Source of the DNA: Rhodobacterales bacterium
GTDB taxonomy: Bacteria; Pseudomonadota; Alphaproteobacteria; Rhodobacterales; CAZPXZ01
Assembly (NCBI GenBank): GCA_965219495.1
Contig: OZ244777.1
Span: forward strand, 93,193 to 157,192
Length of the DNA stretch: 64,000 nucleotides
Direction: 5' to 3'
Part shown: one piece after another, positions 61,224-64,000 of the stretch
Layout of the letters: each line of letters starts with the position of its first letter
How positions within the stretch are numbered: position 1 is the first letter of the stretch
Notes under the pieces: generated by a model
Told to the model about the DNA's origin: nothing
What the model saw: only the letters and a program-made list of their open reading frames with translations
The model's database searches: none
Translations under genes and position numbers: made by a program

Positions 61224-62276
61224 TCAACATCTTCTCTGCAGGAACTCTGCAATCCGAGCATGCACGATGTCGACTGCTGCCTGTTTCTCATGGAGTACCG
61301 CGTGGAGGCAGTCATGAACCGGCACGAAATGCGTCTGCGGTGTTTCAGTCACGAACCGTCGCACGCGTTCGATGTCGACTACACTGTCGTCACTTCCGAC
61401 TATGACAAGCTTTGGCACGAACGGAAAATCGCTCGCAGCCAATGAAGCGATTTCAGCATATGCGGCCCGGAGCCACGACCAGGTCACGCCGCCGATCGAT
61501 GCTCCCTCCACCGCTCGTTCGATTTCGGCAAGGCGCGCGAATCTCCGCTCGCTGGTGGAAAGGGGATTGCCCTCAAACCCGCGTTCCGTTACCGACCGCC
61601 GGTCGCAATTGAACGCGTAGCGATTTCCCAGGCCAAGCCGGCACGCCGACCGCGCAAAAGTGTTTGCGAGCGCATTGCCCGGGCGTCCTAGACGCAACCC
61701 GAACATCGGCGCCGCAAGAATCACGGCATCCACCGAAGCCGGATTCTCGACCGCGAACCGAAAGGCGATTGTGCCTCCCATCGAATTTGCCAGAAGCACA
61801 TGTGGCCTTGGGAACGCTTCCAGATCGGTGCATGCAAGCAAGGCGGCGGCATCGTACTGGTATTCCGCGAAGTTCCGGACATGTCCCTTCCGCCGGTCCG
61901 GGAGAAAGCGGGTGCTGAGCCCCTGTCCACGCCAGTCAATGACTGCACAGGCCCAGCCGAGTTGGCGCAAGAAGTGGATCGTTTCGAAGTACATTTCTGT
62001 AAATTCCGCTCTTCCAGGAAACAGGAAAACGGAACCCGCTGCACGGGGTGACGGCCAAAGCGCAATTCGAAGCAGTGCGCCGTCCACGGCCACCGCGGAA
62101 ACAGCCTCACCCCCGGACGGAACGGAATTGTTTGGTGTGCCGACCAATGGAAAGAAACCGGCCGCGCGTGAGGCGGAATCGTTCTCCAAGGTCGACTGCT
62201 TGCGTATGCCCACCGGAAGTTGTCTAATTGCAAATCCCGGATCGCAGTTTGGGAGAGGTGTGTCCGGTGCGGACAT
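61224..62276 (-). CDS. Alpha/beta hydrolase, lysophospholipase L2-like
   Basis: PGRAEF.E.Y, DWRGQGLS, NSMGG, APMFG; start uncertain. Confidence 0.85.
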   Translation of the reverse strand: MSAPDTPLPNCDPGFAIRQLPVGIRKQSTLENDSASRAAGFFPLVGTPNNSVPSGGEAVSAVAVDGALLRIALWPSPRAAGSVFLFPGRAEFTEMYFETIHFLRQLGWACAVIDWRGQGLSTRFLPDRRKGHVRNFAEYQYDAAALLACTDLEAFPRPHVLLANSMGGTIAFRFAVENPASVDAVILAAPMFGLRLGRPGNALANTFARSACRLGLGNRYAFNCDRRSVTERGFEGNPLSTSERRFARLAEIERAVEGASIGGVTWSWLRAAYAEIASLAASDFPFVPKLVIVGSDDSVVDIERVRRFVTETPQTHFVPVHDCLHAVLHEKQAAVDIVHARIAEFLQRRC

Positions 62277-62845
62277 GTGCTGCCCAAATACTCTTCGTTG
62301 CTGCCGTTTTCATAATGGTAGTTCTAGGGCATGACTATAGCCCAGCGGTCGCCGAGAACCCAAGCCACGCTCAGAGGCTAGATAGCCTGTTTGCCCGTCT
62401 GAAGCTTGCCGATGAACAGGAAGCACAATCAATTCAGAGCGACATTCTGGAAATATGGAACGATTCCGGCTCTGCAAGCATGAACTTGATTCTTTTGCGC
62501 GCACATCAGGCAATGGCGGTGGGCATGCTTGATATTGCGCTGAATCATCTGGACGATCTCGTCCGGCTCGCTCCAGACTTTGCAGAGGGATGGAATGCCA
62601 GGGCGACGGTTCACTACTATCGGGGAAATTACGAGAAGTCGCTTGCCGACATTCAGGCGACTCTAATGCTGGAATCTCGGCATTTTGGCGCGCTTTCCGG
62701 CCTCGGGCTCGTGTTTCTTGCGCTGGGAGATGAGCAGGCGGCGCTCAATGCATATCGTGCCGCGAATGAAGTACATCCTCATCTCTCGGGACCGAAGAAA
62801 ATGATCACAATCCTTGAGGACATATTGGTCGGCGAAGGCATTTAG
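62228..62845 (+). CDS. TPR-repeat protein
   Basis: LDSLFARLK, W.DSGS, PDFAEGWNARAT, RHFGALSGLG; true start probably downstream of 62228. Confidence 0.82.
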   Translation: MQIPDRSLGEVCPVRTCAAQILFVAAVFIMVVLGHDYSPAVAENPSHAQRLDSLFARLKLADEQEAQSIQSDILEIWNDSGSASMNLILLRAHQAMAVGMLDIALNHLDDLVRLAPDFAEGWNARATVHYYRGNYEKSLADIQATLMLESRHFGALSGLGLVFLALGDEQAALNAYRAANEVHPHLSGPKKMITILEDILVGEGI

Positions 62846-62958
62846 TGACTTGCTCGCAAGTGATTCGGTTGGTCAAGCAGAGGTCCCAATTGTGATTCGA
62901 CGGCGGATCAATCTCCATTCCCCAACTCCGGAAAATTTCGTTCACGACCTTGCCCGCC

Positions 62959-63759
62959 CTATTCGATCCCTTGCTGATACAGCCCTTCCTCCACCAACGG
63001 AATGTCGGAGGGGAGATTAACTTCCCAAAACCCGTCGCTTTCTGTAGCGACTTCCACGCACAGGATGGATGAACCGTTTTCCAGAAATCGAAGCTGCTCA
63101 AGACCTTCTGATGCTTCCAACACGCCAACAGGCCATTTCACATACTCGCGAATCGCAGTAGGGCGATAGGCGTAAAGGCCGATATGGTGCAGGATCGGAG
63201 CGTTGGAAGATTCGCCTCCGCCGAACGGGAGAACTTCCTTGGAAAAGTAAAGAGCGTATCCGTTCTTGTCAGAGACAGCGGTTGTTCCTCCGGCGCGTCC
63301 TTCCTTTCGAGTCTTTCGAAATTGCATGCTTGCCCGGGCATCGCATCGAGTCACCGGAGTCGCCACGGAGCAGGAAGGATCCCGCTGGAGCGCCTGTGAT
63401 GTCTTTCGAACAAGAGATGGTGGGGTAAGCGGCGAGTCACCTTGCAGATTGACAATCGTGTCAAACCTGTCCGCACCGGGCAAAATATCAAGTACTGCGC
63501 TGCATCGTTCCGTTCCATTTGCACAAGTCTTCGGCGTCATGACGTATCTGCCGCCAAAGTTTTTGACTGCCTGCGCAATTCTCGCGTCATCCGTGGCAAC
63601 CACTACACTGTCGCCTTCTGCGAGGGTCCGGGTTGCCGCCTCCCAACTCCGCTGGATTAGCGGTTTGACGATGCCGGTTGCGCCTCGAAGACCAGCCAGC
63701 GCCTTGCCTCTGAATCGGGTGGATGCATAGCGGGCGGGGATAACGATCAGGATGCGCAT
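62959..63759 (-). CDS. kdsB: 3-deoxy-manno-octulosonate cytidylyltransferase
   Basis: IPARYASTRF.GK, VATDD, NGTERC, NLQGD, ALYFS, HIGLYAY, EGLEQLRFLENG. Confidence 0.95.
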   Translation of the reverse strand: MRILIVIPARYASTRFRGKALAGLRGATGIVKPLIQRSWEAATRTLAEGDSVVVATDDARIAQAVKNFGGRYVMTPKTCANGTERCSAVLDILPGADRFDTIVNLQGDSPLTPPSLVRKTSQALQRDPSCSVATPVTRCDARASMQFRKTRKEGRAGGTTAVSDKNGYALYFSKEVLPFGGGESSNAPILHHIGLYAYRPTAIREYVKWPVGVLEASEGLEQLRFLENGSSILCVEVATESDGFWEVNLPSDIPLVEEGLYQQGIE

Positions 63760-64000
63760 GATCACCTGAACTCCCGGGAATCTTCGTTCCGAATGGGGAG
63801 GAATGTCAGCTTCCGGCTGCCGCTCTCAGCGACCCTGTGGAACCCTGCGTTGTTCCACGTTCGACACCGCAGAACGTGGTTTTGAAGGAAGCTACTGCGG
63901 GCCATATCAAACGATTCTCGGTCGATACCCCTTAGCGCATGCGATGAATCCTTCGGTGACCAGGCCCTGCGATCCGAACCTCAGCGGAGATTGTCCATCG

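Noticed and set aside
61224-62276. Inactive hydrolase because of ANSMGG instead of GHSMGG
   Set aside because: The nucleophile Ser and candidate Asp and His residues are retained; the variation is within family range.

Overview
GC-rich alphaproteobacterial chromosome segment (taxon inferred from gene content and order) in two parts. Positions ~1-29.7 kb are accessory DNA ending at the 3' end of tRNA-Arg(CCG): the end of an inositol catabolism operon (iolC, iolB), a PaeR7I/XhoI-like type II restriction-modification pair, a decayed BrnT/BrnA toxin-antitoxin pair, an intact IS1595-family element, a nitrogen-scavenging cluster (peptide-type ABC transporter, two amidases, hydantoin-racemase-like protein, polar amino acid ABC transporter, two atypical ureohydrolases) and a 5.3 kb pile of nested mobile-element remnants (TnpB, IS1634, group II intron, IS110, DUF4338/IS4-like, IS1380). 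Positions ~29.9-64 kb are mostly housekeeping genes (polA, tRNA-Lys, folB, ppk1, ppx, mlaD, aat, accBC, aroQ, rne, galE, hisN, kdsB), with a second copy of the IS1595 inserted on the start codon of a DegT-family gene. The most notable signal is an IS110-family element inserted in the PQG motif of a group II intron reverse transcriptase. Its downstream non-coding region folds into a bridge-RNA-like structure in which one loop matches the element's own end and the other matches the PQG-coding target. All family assignments are from motif recognition by eye; no database search was run.
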